From Litoreibacter sp. (GTDB lineage Bacteria; Pseudomonadota; Alphaproteobacteria; Rhodobacterales; Rhodobacteraceae), in NCBI RefSeq assembly GCF_039974535.1, contig NZ_JBDWIU010000012.1, positions 135,045 through 199,044 of the forward strand: a DNA stretch of 64,000 nucleotides. The letters are read 5' to 3'. A program made the translations under genes and the position numbers. The notes beneath the pieces are model-generated. The model was given only the letters and a program-made list of their open reading frames with translations. It made no database searches and had not been told where the DNA came from. Shown here piece after piece: positions 16,035-25,706 of this stretch (the stretch's first letter is position 1; each line of letters starts with the position of its first letter).

Positions 16035-17867
16035 CTAGTCTTCCATCGCTTCCAGCTCGTCGATCATCCCAGAGATCATCGACAGGCCTTTGTCCCAAAA
16101 CTTAGGGTCGGAAGCATCCAGCCCGAAGGGGGCCAGCAACTCCTTGTGGTGCTTCGAGCCGCCCGCCTTGAGCATGTCGAAATACTTGTCTTGGAAGTCG
16201 TCGCCGCCTTCCTCGTAGACCGCATAGAGCGCGTTCACCAAGCCGTCGCCGAACGCATAGGCGTAGACGTAGAACGGCGAGTGGACGAAGTGCGGCACAT
16301 AGGACCAGAAGGTATCGTAGCCTTCCATGTATTCAAACGCCGGTCCTAGGCTTTCGGCCTGCACCGACATCCACAGCGCCCCGATATCATCTGGGGTCAA
16401 CTCGCCTTCGGCGCGGGCGGCGTGGAGTTTGCATTCAAAGTCGTAGAACGCGATCTGGCGCACCACGGTGTTGATCATGTCCTCGACCTTGCCCGCGAGC
16501 ATGACCTTGCGCTCGGCCTGTGTCTTGGCCTTGGACAGCATTTTGCGGAAGGTCAGCATCTCGCCAAAGACCGAAGCCGTTTCCGCCAAGGTCAGCGGGG
16601 TGGAGGACAGCAATTCGCCTTGTCCTGCGGCCAGAACTTGGTGGACGCCGTGGCCTAGCTCATGCGCCAGCGTCATCACATCACGCGGTTTGCCCAAGTA
16701 GTTGAGCATCACATAGGGGTGCACATCCGCGACGGTGGGGTGGGCAAAGGCACCGGGGGCCTTGCCGGGTTTCACACCTGCATCAATCCAGCCTCGGTTA
16801 AAGAACGGCTCCGCGATGCCCGCCATTTCGGGGGCGAAGTCGTGGTAGGCCTCCATGACGGTGTTTTGTGCCTCTTCCCAGCCCACAAGGCGCGGGTCTT
16901 CCATCGGCAAGGGCGCGTTGCGATCCCAGACCTGCATCACATCAAGGCCCAGCCACTTGCGCTTCAACTCGTAGTAACGGTGCGACAGCTTGGGGTAGGC
17001 GGCAACGACGGCGTTGCGCAGGGCTTCGACGACCTCGGGTTCCACATGGTTGGCGAGGTGACGGCCGGTTTGCGGGGTGGGCATGCCACGCCAGCGGTCC
17101 TCAACTTCCTTTTCCTTGGCAAGGGTGTTGTGGACGCGGGCGAAGAGTTTGACGTTCTCGCCAAAAACGCGCGACAGCTCACGGGCGCTGGCCTCGCGCT
17201 TGGCGCGGTCAGGGTCGGTTAGCAGGTTGAGCGTGCCTTCGATGTTCAGCTCTTGGCCATCCACGTTGAATTGCAGCGCCGCGATGGTTTCGTCAAACAG
17301 GCGGTTCCAAGCGGCGGCCCCCACGGTGGATTGGTCGTGCAGGAATTTTTCCAGCTCATCGGACAGCTGGTAGGGACGCATGGCGCGCAAACGGTCGAAG
17401 ATGGGCTTGTAGCGGGCAAGGTCCGCGTTTTGGGCAAAGAGCGCGTCGAGCTGCTCGTCAGGGATGCGGTTGATCTCCAGCGAGAAGAATACCAGCGGGG
17501 TGGTGAAGTTCGTGATCTGATCTTGCGCGTTGGCCATGAATTGCGCGCGCTCGTCGTCGGTGGTGTTTTGGTAATACCGCAGCCCCGCGTAGGACATGAT
17601 GCGCCCAGAGATCATGTCGATCTTCTCGTAGCGGGTCACGCAGTCCAACAGGCCCGCGGCGTCCAGATCGGCCAGATTGCCATCATAGTCGGATGCGAAC
17701 TGGGCGCAGGCCTTATCCAGCCACTCCATGTCGCGGGTGTATTCCTTGGCGTCGGGGGCCTTGTAGAGGTCGCTTAGATCCCAGTCGGGCAGGTCGCCCA
17801 AGCCGCCGCCGCCCTCGATGATGTCACGAAGAGGTTGCTTGGGGGCGGGCAGAAATGGTGTGCGCAT
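16035..17867 (-). CDS. pepF: M3B oligoendopeptidase F; start ATG 17867
   Basis: LPDWDLSDLY N-terminus, GKAPGAF, HELGHGVH zinc motif, LAETASVFGE, HFVHSPFYVYAY. Confidence 0.93.
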   Translation of the reverse strand: MRTPFLPAPKQPLRDIIEGGGGLGDLPDWDLSDLYKAPDAKEYTRDMEWLDKACAQFASDYDGNLADLDAAGLLDCVTRYEKIDMISGRIMSYAGLRYYQNTTDDERAQFMANAQDQITNFTTPLVFFSLEINRIPDEQLDALFAQNADLARYKPIFDRLRAMRPYQLSDELEKFLHDQSTVGAAAWNRLFDETIAALQFNVDGQELNIEGTLNLLTDPDRAKREASARELSRVFGENVKLFARVHNTLAKEKEVEDRWRGMPTPQTGRHLANHVEPEVVEALRNAVVAAYPKLSHRYYELKRKWLGLDVMQVWDRNAPLPMEDPRLVGWEEAQNTVMEAYHDFAPEMAGIAEPFFNRGWIDAGVKPGKAPGAFAHPTVADVHPYVMLNYLGKPRDVMTLAHELGHGVHQVLAAGQGELLSSTPLTLAETASVFGEMLTFRKMLSKAKTQAERKVMLAGKVEDMINTVVRQIAFYDFECKLHAARAEGELTPDDIGALWMSVQAESLGPAFEYMEGYDTFWSYVPHFVHSPFYVYAYAFGDGLVNALYAVYEEGGDDFQDKYFDMLKAGGSKHHKELLAPFGLDASDPKFWDKGLSMISGMIDELEAMED

Positions 17868-17990
17868 GGGGCGTCCTTTGATCTTGTTCCCAGCCAACCT
17901 AAGTGCGGCGGGCGGGGGCAACAAGACGTTGTTGCTCAAATCCTGAGGATCAAGGTGTGAGACAGCGGGTTTCGAGCGCCGTACGACTAA

Positions 17991-18012
17991 AAGGCGCCAC
18001 TTCTGGCGCCTT
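17991..18012. terminator. Hairpin downstream of the His/Arg-rich secreted protein gene
   Basis: AAGGCGCCA-CTTC-TGGCGCCTT. Confidence 0.7.
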
Positions 18013-18044
18013 CGTCGAGCGGTTTGGGACGGAATTCATTTCTA

Positions 18045-18440
18045 TTAGCCCCTATAAGGGTTGAGGCGCGACCGGCTTCTGGCGGGCGCGTATGAGCCGG
18101 TGTTGCGTGTGCGTTGTTGCGCGTAAGTGCCACTGTCACGACTACGACGGAGGTTCAGAAGATGGCTTAGCCGCCTGTAGCTGCGGGCAGACTGGTGAGG
18201 GCGAGAATGCCCGTAGTGTCGCGAAAAATCATGATGACGCGATGCGCCATGATGCCTTTTGTGCCCGTAATACCTTGATTTCGCTTGTATGAGCACCGCG
18301 TCACCGGTGCTGTAGGATACTGCGGGGACGGTTTGAGCGTTGAAGCTCTCTGCTGTGCTGGGGGTAGCAAGCATGACGCTTGCGCCGATAATTGCGGCGA
18401 AGAGTGCGGATGCAGTTTTTTTGGTTGCTGTGTAAGTCAT
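18045..18440 (-). CDS. Secreted His/Arg/Ser/Tyr-rich low-complexity protein
   Basis: Signal peptide, then VLIQAK followed by a basic His-rich tail; GGAAG SD upstream. Confidence 0.65.
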   Translation of the reverse strand: MTYTATKKTASALFAAIIGASVMLATPSTAESFNAQTVPAVSYSTGDAVLIQAKSRYYGHKRHHGASRHHDFSRHYGHSRPHQSARSYRRLSHLLNLRRSRDSGTYAQQRTRNTGSYAPARSRSRLNPYRG

Positions 18441-18823
18441 GGTGTCTCACTTCCTATATCTTCGTTGTTTCGTGTTGAGACAATGTTGGCCGATCAAGCG
18501 GCGAGAGGATATCAACGAAACCTCACGCTCACTAGCGAAGCCGTTATTGGAACGTAAATTCACGTGATGTGGCTGGCGGTAGTTTTTGTTAACTATGTGA
18601 AATATATAAAGTTTCATTTTAAAGAAGCGTATTTATATGTGTTATTGACAGGTTTGGTGCGTAAATGCACATTCCGGCATCCCAGCGATATTAGGCACTG
18701 TGGGCTGAAGCAGGGTCCCTATTAAACGCCCCATGGCTTCACAATTATGTGGTGACATCCTGTTGGCATTGACGAAGATCGCCTCACCGACAACATAAGC
18801 GAAACCCAACCTGGAGTTTCAAA

Positions 18824-19228
18824 ATGACCATGCAAGAAGCCATCGCACTGCAGCCCGCTTGGATCGGGATGTGGCTTAGAGTGTTATTCCTTTGCGCCTT
18901 TATCCTGCCAGCTACCTTGGTGTTTTGGAAGCCGACGCGGTGGGCTGGCCTCATCACGCCAATCGCGAGCGTTGCATCTGGCCTGCTAACCCAGAAGCTT
19001 TACGGCGCCCTAGGTTACGTCAAACTTCTGGGCCTTCCGCATATCGTCTTTTGGACCCCACTTATTTTCTTCCTGATTGTCGTTTGGCGTAAACCGGATC
19101 TGCCGATGATCCCAAAGGTCATTCTGAGCACCGTGATGGGCGTGATCCTGATCTCGCTGGTTTTCGATTACGTGGATTTGGTGCGCTACATCTTGGGTGA
19201 CCGGACACCGTTTGAAGGCACGGTTTAG
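18824..19228 (+). CDS. Hypothetical membrane protein (about 4 TM)
   Basis: GGAG SD; hydrophobic helices; LLGLPHIVFWTPL segment. Confidence 0.8.
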   Translation: MTMQEAIALQPAWIGMWLRVLFLCAFILPATLVFWKPTRWAGLITPIASVASGLLTQKLYGALGYVKLLGLPHIVFWTPLIFFLIVVWRKPDLPMIPKVILSTVMGVILISLVFDYVDLVRYILGDRTPFEGTV

Positions 19229-19261
19229 GCGGGCACGCCTTTTGGGCCATCTGAGAAAGTG

Positions 19262-20065
19262 TCAGGCGGAGTGACCATCAACTGTGGGCTCTCCGCGTGG
19301 GCTCAGGTCGTCGTGGTGAACGATAACACCGCTATCGGTGAATAAGACGATGCCGTATCCTGCGGCCTCGTCGATGGAATGATCGCTTCCTTTGAGGCCC
19401 AAGGTCAGCGGAGATTGGTGGCAGGTGCTTTTGAAGGTGGCAAATGGCGTGCCGCTTGCGCCGCCACTGATTGTACGGTGAACATGGCCGCATAAGAGCT
19501 GCACCACATTGGGGAACTCCGCGATCAGGGCATGGAACTCCGCGTCATTGCGCAACCGGATGTCGTCCATACCGTCCAAGCCGGTGGAAAATGTCGGGTG
19601 ATGTAGTGCCACGGTGACAGGCGCACCGTTCGCGGCGACAAGTGCATCGCGCAACCACGCCATGCGATCCCCACATAGGATGCCGGAATGCTGGGGTTTG
19701 GCATTAGGGTCCAAGCTGTCGAGGCAAATCAGTTGATGATGGCCAAGCTGCACCACATGCTGCGCGTGGCCGGACGCGGTGTGGGGCGCGTCGGGGAAGG
19801 CTTCAAAGAAGGCCTCGCGGTCGTCGTGGTTCCCGAGCATTAAAGACACAGGTGCTTTGACCCCGTCGAGACAGTCGCGCAACAAGGCGTATTGGGCGGA
19901 GCGGCCGTGGTGGGTCAAATCGCCTAGGACGACCATATGTGCGGCGTCTGGGTGGAACTTTGCGACGTGCTCAAGCACTTGGCGCAAGCGCTTTACGGGT
20001 GACAGCCCAATGATTTGCCCCTCAACTTCGACCAGATGCGGGTCGGTCAAAACAATAAGCTTCAT
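19262..20065 (-). CDS. Metallophosphoesterase (CpdA/GpdQ-like phosphodiesterase)
   Basis: LTDPH, GDLTHHG, GNHDD, ALHHP, CGHVHR motifs. Confidence 0.92.
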   Translation of the reverse strand: MKLIVLTDPHLVEVEGQIIGLSPVKRLRQVLEHVAKFHPDAAHMVVLGDLTHHGRSAQYALLRDCLDGVKAPVSLMLGNHDDREAFFEAFPDAPHTASGHAQHVVQLGHHQLICLDSLDPNAKPQHSGILCGDRMAWLRDALVAANGAPVTVALHHPTFSTGLDGMDDIRLRNDAEFHALIAEFPNVVQLLCGHVHRTISGGASGTPFATFKSTCHQSPLTLGLKGSDHSIDEAAGYGIVLFTDSGVIVHHDDLSPRGEPTVDGHSA

Positions 20066-20111
20066 TTCGGTATCCCCTAGTCTACGTGTTGCCTGAATGT
20101 AGGGCGCAAAG

Positions 20112-20150
20112 AAAAGCCTAGCGACGGGAATGATCCATCGCTAGGCAAAA
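20112..20150 (-). terminator. Terminator downstream of pyc
   Basis: GCCTAGCGA...TCGCTAGGC stem flanked by A-runs. Confidence 0.7.
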
Positions 20151-20206
20151 TTTTGTGTCGTTTCCAGCCGCCACATATTGGGGCAGGATATTAGGCGGGG
20201 CAGGAG

Positions 20207-23200
20207 CTACTTGTCTTCGAGTTCGACCAGCAGGTCCTTGGCGTCGATCTGGCCACCCGGGACGACATGTACCGCTTTGATGACCGCGTCGCGCTCTGCG
20301 TGAATGCCTGTCTCCATTTTCATGGCCTCAATCGTTAGCAGCAAGTCGCCTTCCTTGACCGCTGCGCCCACTTTCGCGGCAACGGTAGCCACAACGCCCG
20401 GCATTGGCGCGCCAATGTGGTTGGGGTTGCCAACTTCGGCCTTTGGCATGCGTGCTGTGGCGGATGTTGATTTGCGGTTTGGCACGCGGATGACACGTGG
20501 CTGGCCGTTGAGTTCGAAGAAGACTTTGGCTTCGCCTTTGTCATCGGTCTCACCCAAAGCTTGCATGCGGATTTCAAGCGTTTTGCCTGGATCGATCTCT
20601 GCGCTGATCTCTTCGCCGGGTTCCATGCCGTAGAAGAAGGTCCGCGTGGGCAGGGTGCGCACAGGGCCGTAGACCTCGTGGCGTTCGGCGTAATCGGTGA
20701 AGACTTTCGGATACATCAGGTAGCCGTTGAGGTCCTCGTTGTCGATTTTGACGCCTTCCAGCTTGGCTTCCAGCTCCTTGCGGGTGGCCTTCAGATCAAT
20801 CGGTGCCAGCTTTTCGCCGGGACGATGGGTCATCGGCTTCTCGCCTTTGAGGATCTTCTTCTGGATTGCCTTCGGCCAGCCACCCGGAGGTTGTCCCAAA
20901 TTTCCGCGCATCATGTCGATGACGCTGTCGGGGAAGGCCACGTCGGTCTTCGGATCCTCAACCTCGTCGCGCGTCAGACCTTGGGAAACCATCATCAACG
21001 CCATATCGCCCACAACTTTAGAGGACGGCGTTACCTTCACGATGTCACCAAACATCTGGTTCACGTCGGCATAAGTCTGCGCGACCTCGTGCCAGCGCTC
21101 TTCCAAGCCAACAGAGCGGGCTTGCGCCTTAAGGTTGGTAAACTGACCACCGGGCATTTCGTGCAGGTAGACCTCGGAAGCTGGCGCCTGCATGCCGCTC
21201 TCGAAGGCTGCGTATTGGCCGCGTACGGCTTCCCAGTAATCCGAGATTTGGCGTACGGTTTTGATGTCTAGGCCAGTATCGCGGTCGGTGTGGGCCAAGG
21301 CCTCTACCACGGAGCCGAGGGTGGCTTGTGACGTGTTGCCGGACAGCGCGTCCATGGCACAATCGACCGCATCCACGCCAGCCTCGGAGGCGGCTAGAAT
21401 CGTCGCGATTGCCACACCTGCGGTGTCATGCGTGTGGAAGTGGATCGGCAGGCCGACCTCTTCTTTCAACGCTTTTACCAGAACGCGGGCGGAGGCTGGC
21501 TTCATGAGGCCCGCCATGTCCTTCAGGCCAAGCACATGCGCGCCAGCGGCCTTCAACTCCTTGCCCATCTCAACGTAATACTGCAGCGAGTATTTCGCGC
21601 GGTCAGGGTTCAAGATGTCGCCTGTGTAGCAGATAGTGCCTTCGACAACCTTGCCGGATTCAGCAACCGCATCCATCGCCACGCGCATGTTTTCAACCCA
21701 GTTCAGGCTGTCGAACACGCGGAAGACGTCAACACCGGTCTCCGCCGCTTGGCGCACGAACTCCTGCACCACGTTGTCGGGGTAGTTGGTGTAGCCCACG
21801 CCATTGGAGGCGCGCAGCAGCATTTGCGTCATCAGGTTTGGCATGGCCTTGCGCAGGTCGCGCAGACGCTGCCACGGGCATTCTTGCAAGAAGCGGTAGG
21901 CGACGTCGAATGTCGCACCCCCCCAGCATTCCATGGAGAACAGGCCAGGCATGTTGGACGCATAAGTCGGTGCTACACGGATCATGTCGACCGAGCGCAT
22001 ACGGGTCGCCAGCAAGGATTGGTGCCCGTCACGCATGGTCGTGTCAGTGATCAACAGTTGCTTTTGGTCGGACATCCAGTCGGCGACGGCTTGGGGGCCG
22101 TGGTCTTCCAGAATGTTGCGCGTACCATAAGCAGGTTGAGCTTGCGGCGCAGGCGCCTTGGGCGTGCGGGCCTCAGCGGGCAGGGGGCGGCCTTCGGTTT
22201 CAGGATGACCGTTGACCGTGATGTCGGCGATATATGTCAGGATCTTCGTGGCGCGGTCACGGCGCTTTTTGAAGTCGAAGAGGTCAGGCGTCTCGTCGAT
22301 GAACTTGGTGTGGTATTCGTAGTTCAAGAACGTTGGGTGCTTGAGCAGGTTTTCCACGAAGGCAATATTCGTCGACACACCGCGCACACGGAATTCGCGC
22401 AATGCACGATCCATACGGTTGATTGATGCCTCTGGCGTTGGCGCCCATGCGGTCACTTTGGTCAGCAAGCTGTCGTAGTAGCGTGTGATGACAGCGCCCG
22501 CGTAGGCGGTGCCGCCATCAAGGCGAATGCCCATACCTGTGGCCGACCGGTAGGTGGTGATGCGGCCATAGTCGGGAATGAAGTTGTTCTGCGGGTCTTC
22601 GGTCGTGACACGGCATTGCAGCGCGTGGCCGTCCAGTTTGACGTCATATTGCGACGCGCAGCCTGTGGCTTCAACGAGGGATTTGCCCTCGGCGATCAGG
22701 ATTTGGGCGCGCACGATGTCGATGCCGGTGACTTCTTCGGTGACGGTGTGCTCAACTTGGACGCGTGGATTTACTTCGATGAAGTAGAACTCGCCGCTGT
22801 CCATATCCATGAGGAACTCAACAGTACCTGCACACTCATAGCCGATATGTTCGCAGACCTTCTTGCCCAATTGACAGATCTGTTCGCGCTGTGTGCCCGA
22901 CAGGTAGGGGGCTGGTGCGCGCTCCACCACTTTTTGGTTGCGGCGCTGAACCGAGCAGTCGCGCTCGTACAGGTGGTAAATTTGGCCGTGGCTGTCGCCC
23001 AGAATTTGAACTTCAACGTGGCGGGCACGCACGATCATTTTCTCAAGGAAGCCAGCGGAGTTACCGAATGCAGCTTCCGCTTCGCGGCGGCCCTCAAGGA
23101 CCTTTTCTTCCAACTCGTCTTCGGAATTGATCGCGCGCATGCCGCGACCACCGCCGCCCCAAGACGCTTTAAGCATCAGCGGGTAGCCAACGTCTGCGGC

Positions 23201-23650
23201 CTCTTTCTTGATGGCGTCCATGTCGTCGCCCAGCACGTCGGTGGCTGGGATAACCGGAACACCTGCATCGACCGCGACCTGACGCGCGGAGGCTTTGTCG
23301 CCAAGTTTGCGCATGGTTTCGGCTTTGGGGCCGATGAATTTGATGCCAGCATCGTTGCAGGCGTCTACGAACTCGGGGTTCTCGGACAGCAGGCCGTAGC
23401 CGGGGTGGATCGCATCAGCGCCGGACATCTTAGCGACGCGGATAATTTCCTCGATGCTGAGGTAGGCGGCTACTGGGCCAAGTCCTTCGCCGATTTTATA
23501 GGCTTCGTCGGCTTTGAAACGGTGCAGGCCGAGCTTGTCTTCTTCGGCATATACGGCGACGGTTTTTTTACCCATCTCGTTGGCAGCGCGCATCACACGG
23601 ATAGCAATTTCGCCGCGGTTTGCGATAAGGATTTTTTGGAAATCGGCCAT
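20207..23650 (-). CDS. pyc: Pyruvate carboxylase; start ATG 23650
   Basis: Biotin carboxylase domain (ILIANRGEIA), carboxyltransferase domain (DTTMRDGHQSL), biotinyl AMKM motif. Confidence 0.98.
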   Translation of the reverse strand: MADFQKILIANRGEIAIRVMRAANEMGKKTVAVYAEEDKLGLHRFKADEAYKIGEGLGPVAAYLSIEEIIRVAKMSGADAIHPGYGLLSENPEFVDACNDAGIKFIGPKAETMRKLGDKASARQVAVDAGVPVIPATDVLGDDMDAIKKEAADVGYPLMLKASWGGGGRGMRAINSEDELEEKVLEGRREAEAAFGNSAGFLEKMIVRARHVEVQILGDSHGQIYHLYERDCSVQRRNQKVVERAPAPYLSGTQREQICQLGKKVCEHIGYECAGTVEFLMDMDSGEFYFIEVNPRVQVEHTVTEEVTGIDIVRAQILIAEGKSLVEATGCASQYDVKLDGHALQCRVTTEDPQNNFIPDYGRITTYRSATGMGIRLDGGTAYAGAVITRYYDSLLTKVTAWAPTPEASINRMDRALREFRVRGVSTNIAFVENLLKHPTFLNYEYHTKFIDETPDLFDFKKRRDRATKILTYIADITVNGHPETEGRPLPAEARTPKAPAPQAQPAYGTRNILEDHGPQAVADWMSDQKQLLITDTTMRDGHQSLLATRMRSVDMIRVAPTYASNMPGLFSMECWGGATFDVAYRFLQECPWQRLRDLRKAMPNLMTQMLLRASNGVGYTNYPDNVVQEFVRQAAETGVDVFRVFDSLNWVENMRVAMDAVAESGKVVEGTICYTGDILNPDRAKYSLQYYVEMGKELKAAGAHVLGLKDMAGLMKPASARVLVKALKEEVGLPIHFHTHDTAGVAIATILAASEAGVDAVDCAMDALSGNTSQATLGSVVEALAHTDRDTGLDIKTVRQISDYWEAVRGQYAAFESGMQAPASEVYLHEMPGGQFTNLKAQARSVGLEERWHEVAQTYADVNQMFGDIVKVTPSSKVVGDMALMMVSQGLTRDEVEDPKTDVAFPDSVIDMMRGNLGQPPGGWPKAIQKKILKGEKPMTHRPGEKLAPIDLKATRKELEAKLEGVKIDNEDLNGYLMYPKVFTDYAERHEVYGPVRTLPTRTFFYGMEPGEEISAEIDPGKTLEIRMQALGETDDKGEAKVFFELNGQPRVIRVPNRKSTSATARMPKAEVGNPNHIGAPMPGVVATVAAKVGAAVKEGDLLLTIEAMKMETGIHAERDAVIKAVHVVPGGQIDAKDLLVELEDK

Positions 23651-23782
23651 GGTAGGAGGACCCCTAGTTGTGCAGTTGCGGCATGCATAGGGCCAAAGTC
23701 GCATGTCGTAAACTAGTTAGAGGTGGGTATAGCCAGCCCTCGTTAGCGCTAAACGATTGTTATGCCCTTGATTTTCATGGGG

Positions 23783-24913
23783 CTAAAAAAGTCGGGAAGA
23801 TATGCTTTTGAGCGATTTAGCCCCCAATTGCCCCATATTTGAGGCCAAATCCTTGGCAAACATGTCCGCCAGATGGGCTGGACCAGAATCGCCCAAGGCC
23901 CCCAACGCGTAGTGCCATGCCCGCCCTAGCATTACGAAGTCAGCGCCCAAGGCGATGGCGCGCAAGATGTCCAGGCCGCCTTCAATCCCGCTGTCGAAGA
24001 TCAGCGGTAGGCTGGTCGCCGCCCGCACATCCGGTAGGACTTCGATCGTGGATGGCCCGCCATCGAATTGGCGTCCCGCGTGGTTGGACACCCAAAGCGC
24101 GTCCACGCCCTCGTCTTGCAACCGTGCCGCGTCGTCGGCATTGGACACGCCCTTGAGGATCAGTGGGCCGTCCCATTCATCGCGCAGGTATTTGACGTAG
24201 TCCCAATCCGGCGAGGTGCGCAGCAGGTAGCCGACATGTTCCGTCGAGGAGCGGCTGGTCGATTGCTCCGCGTAGCTGTCCATCAGCTTCATGCGTGGCA
24301 TCCCGGTTTTGCGGATGCCGTTGAGCCATGTAGGGCACATCGCAGCCTGCATGGCCAAACGCCCCGTCAGGCGCGGCGGCTGTGTTAACCCGCCGCGGGT
24401 TTGGCGTTCGCGGCGCGAGGCCACGGGTACATCGACGGTCATTACCAAGGTGTTAAACCCAGCGGCCTTGGCGCGCGCCATCATGTCCTTGCGGATTTCA
24501 GGATCGCGAGGCGGATACATCTGGAACCACGCGTCCTCGCCCAAATGAGGTGCCACGTCTTCCGGCGTTTGGGTGGCGACGGTGGACATGGAGTAGGGGA
24601 TGCCTAGACGCGCGGCCTCCGCCGCCAGTGTCTTTTCGGCATTGGGCCAGATCAGGCCAGACATGCCAACAGGGGCGATGCCGAAGGGCAGCTTGTAGTC
24701 GCGGCCTAAGAATGTGGTGCCAAGATCGGGGGTGAACTCGCCGTGCAGAATGGAGGGGCGCAGCAACACCTCGTCCAACTTGGTGCGGTTGCGCTTTAAC
24801 GTGGCCTCGGTGCCGGTAGCGCTATCGAGGTATTCCCACACGAAATGCGGAATACGTTTGCGGGCGCGGGCCTTGAGATCGGACAATCCGGGATATTTGG
24901 CGTGGTGGTCCAT
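23783..24913 (-). CDS. FMN-dependent alpha-hydroxy-acid oxidase/dehydrogenase (LldD-like); start ATG 24913
   Basis: GIAPVG, WFQMY, LILKG, VSNHAGRQFDG, DSGI..GLD..RAIALGA..V.LGR. Confidence 0.92.
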   Translation of the reverse strand: MDHHAKYPGLSDLKARARKRIPHFVWEYLDSATGTEATLKRNRTKLDEVLLRPSILHGEFTPDLGTTFLGRDYKLPFGIAPVGMSGLIWPNAEKTLAAEAARLGIPYSMSTVATQTPEDVAPHLGEDAWFQMYPPRDPEIRKDMMARAKAAGFNTLVMTVDVPVASRRERQTRGGLTQPPRLTGRLAMQAAMCPTWLNGIRKTGMPRMKLMDSYAEQSTSRSSTEHVGYLLRTSPDWDYVKYLRDEWDGPLILKGVSNADDAARLQDEGVDALWVSNHAGRQFDGGPSTIEVLPDVRAATSLPLIFDSGIEGGLDILRAIALGADFVMLGRAWHYALGALGDSGPAHLADMFAKDLASNMGQLGAKSLKSISSRLF

Positions 24914-24920
24914 CAAGGCC

Positions 24921-25706
24921 TCAGAATTGTTGCAGGAACTTATAGAGGCGACGTTGCGCGTCACCTGTCCACATATTGATATGGCCCGCACCTTTTACCA
25001 CGTAAAGTTCCTTCTGCTTGGAACCTGCGGCTTGCAAGATCGCACGGCCCATCGTGGGCGGGATGAAGTCGTCGTTTTCGCCGTGAAGGATAAGAAGGGG
25101 TGATTGCAGGTCGGGCGCGCGCTCAAGGCTGGGCCATTTAGAGAGCATCAACCCCGTCGCCAGTGGCAATTGCGGATGCATATGAGCAGCGACGTCTTTA
25201 AGCGAGGTGAACGGGGCCTCAAGTGCTATGGCGCGAGGGCGGGGTGTCGCAGTCGTGGCCAGATTGATGGCGACGGCGGCTCCGATGCTTTCGCCGTAGA
25301 TGATGGGCGTGGTCGGCGTGCCGGTGAGTTGCCCGCTCGTAAGGGCGTCATACATCGCGTTGATATCTTTTGATATTCCGGTCTCTGTTGGCCAGCCTTT
25401 GCTGCCATTTCCCCCGCGATAAGATGGGGCGACAATGCCGTAGCCGCGATCCATCAGCCGTTGCAAGCGGGCAGTGCGTTTCGCGATGTGGCCCGCATTG
25501 CCGTGCAGGTAAAGGACGGTGGGCTTGCCGCGTTTGGCATCCGCAACCCAGACGACCATGTCGTTGACCTTCGCCACCTTGAGGCGGGAATCCGATGGGG
25601 TGATGCTGCGCGGGTCAAGCGGGTAGACGACGAAGCGTTCCAGCGTGAAATACCCGCCAAAGAACAGCGCGAGCAGGACAATTGCGCGAAGAAGGAAGCG
25701 CATCAA
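24921..25706 (-). CDS. Membrane-anchored alpha/beta hydrolase
   Basis: LYLHGNAG, YRG, YGESIG nucleophile elbow, LILHGE.D, GAGH. Confidence 0.88.
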   Translation of the reverse strand: MMRFLLRAIVLLALFFGGYFTLERFVVYPLDPRSITPSDSRLKVAKVNDMVVWVADAKRGKPTVLYLHGNAGHIAKRTARLQRLMDRGYGIVAPSYRGGNGSKGWPTETGISKDINAMYDALTSGQLTGTPTTPIIYGESIGAAVAINLATTATPRPRAIALEAPFTSLKDVAAHMHPQLPLATGLMLSKWPSLERAPDLQSPLLILHGENDDFIPPTMGRAILQAAGSKQKELYVVKGAGHINMWTGDAQRRLYKFLQQF

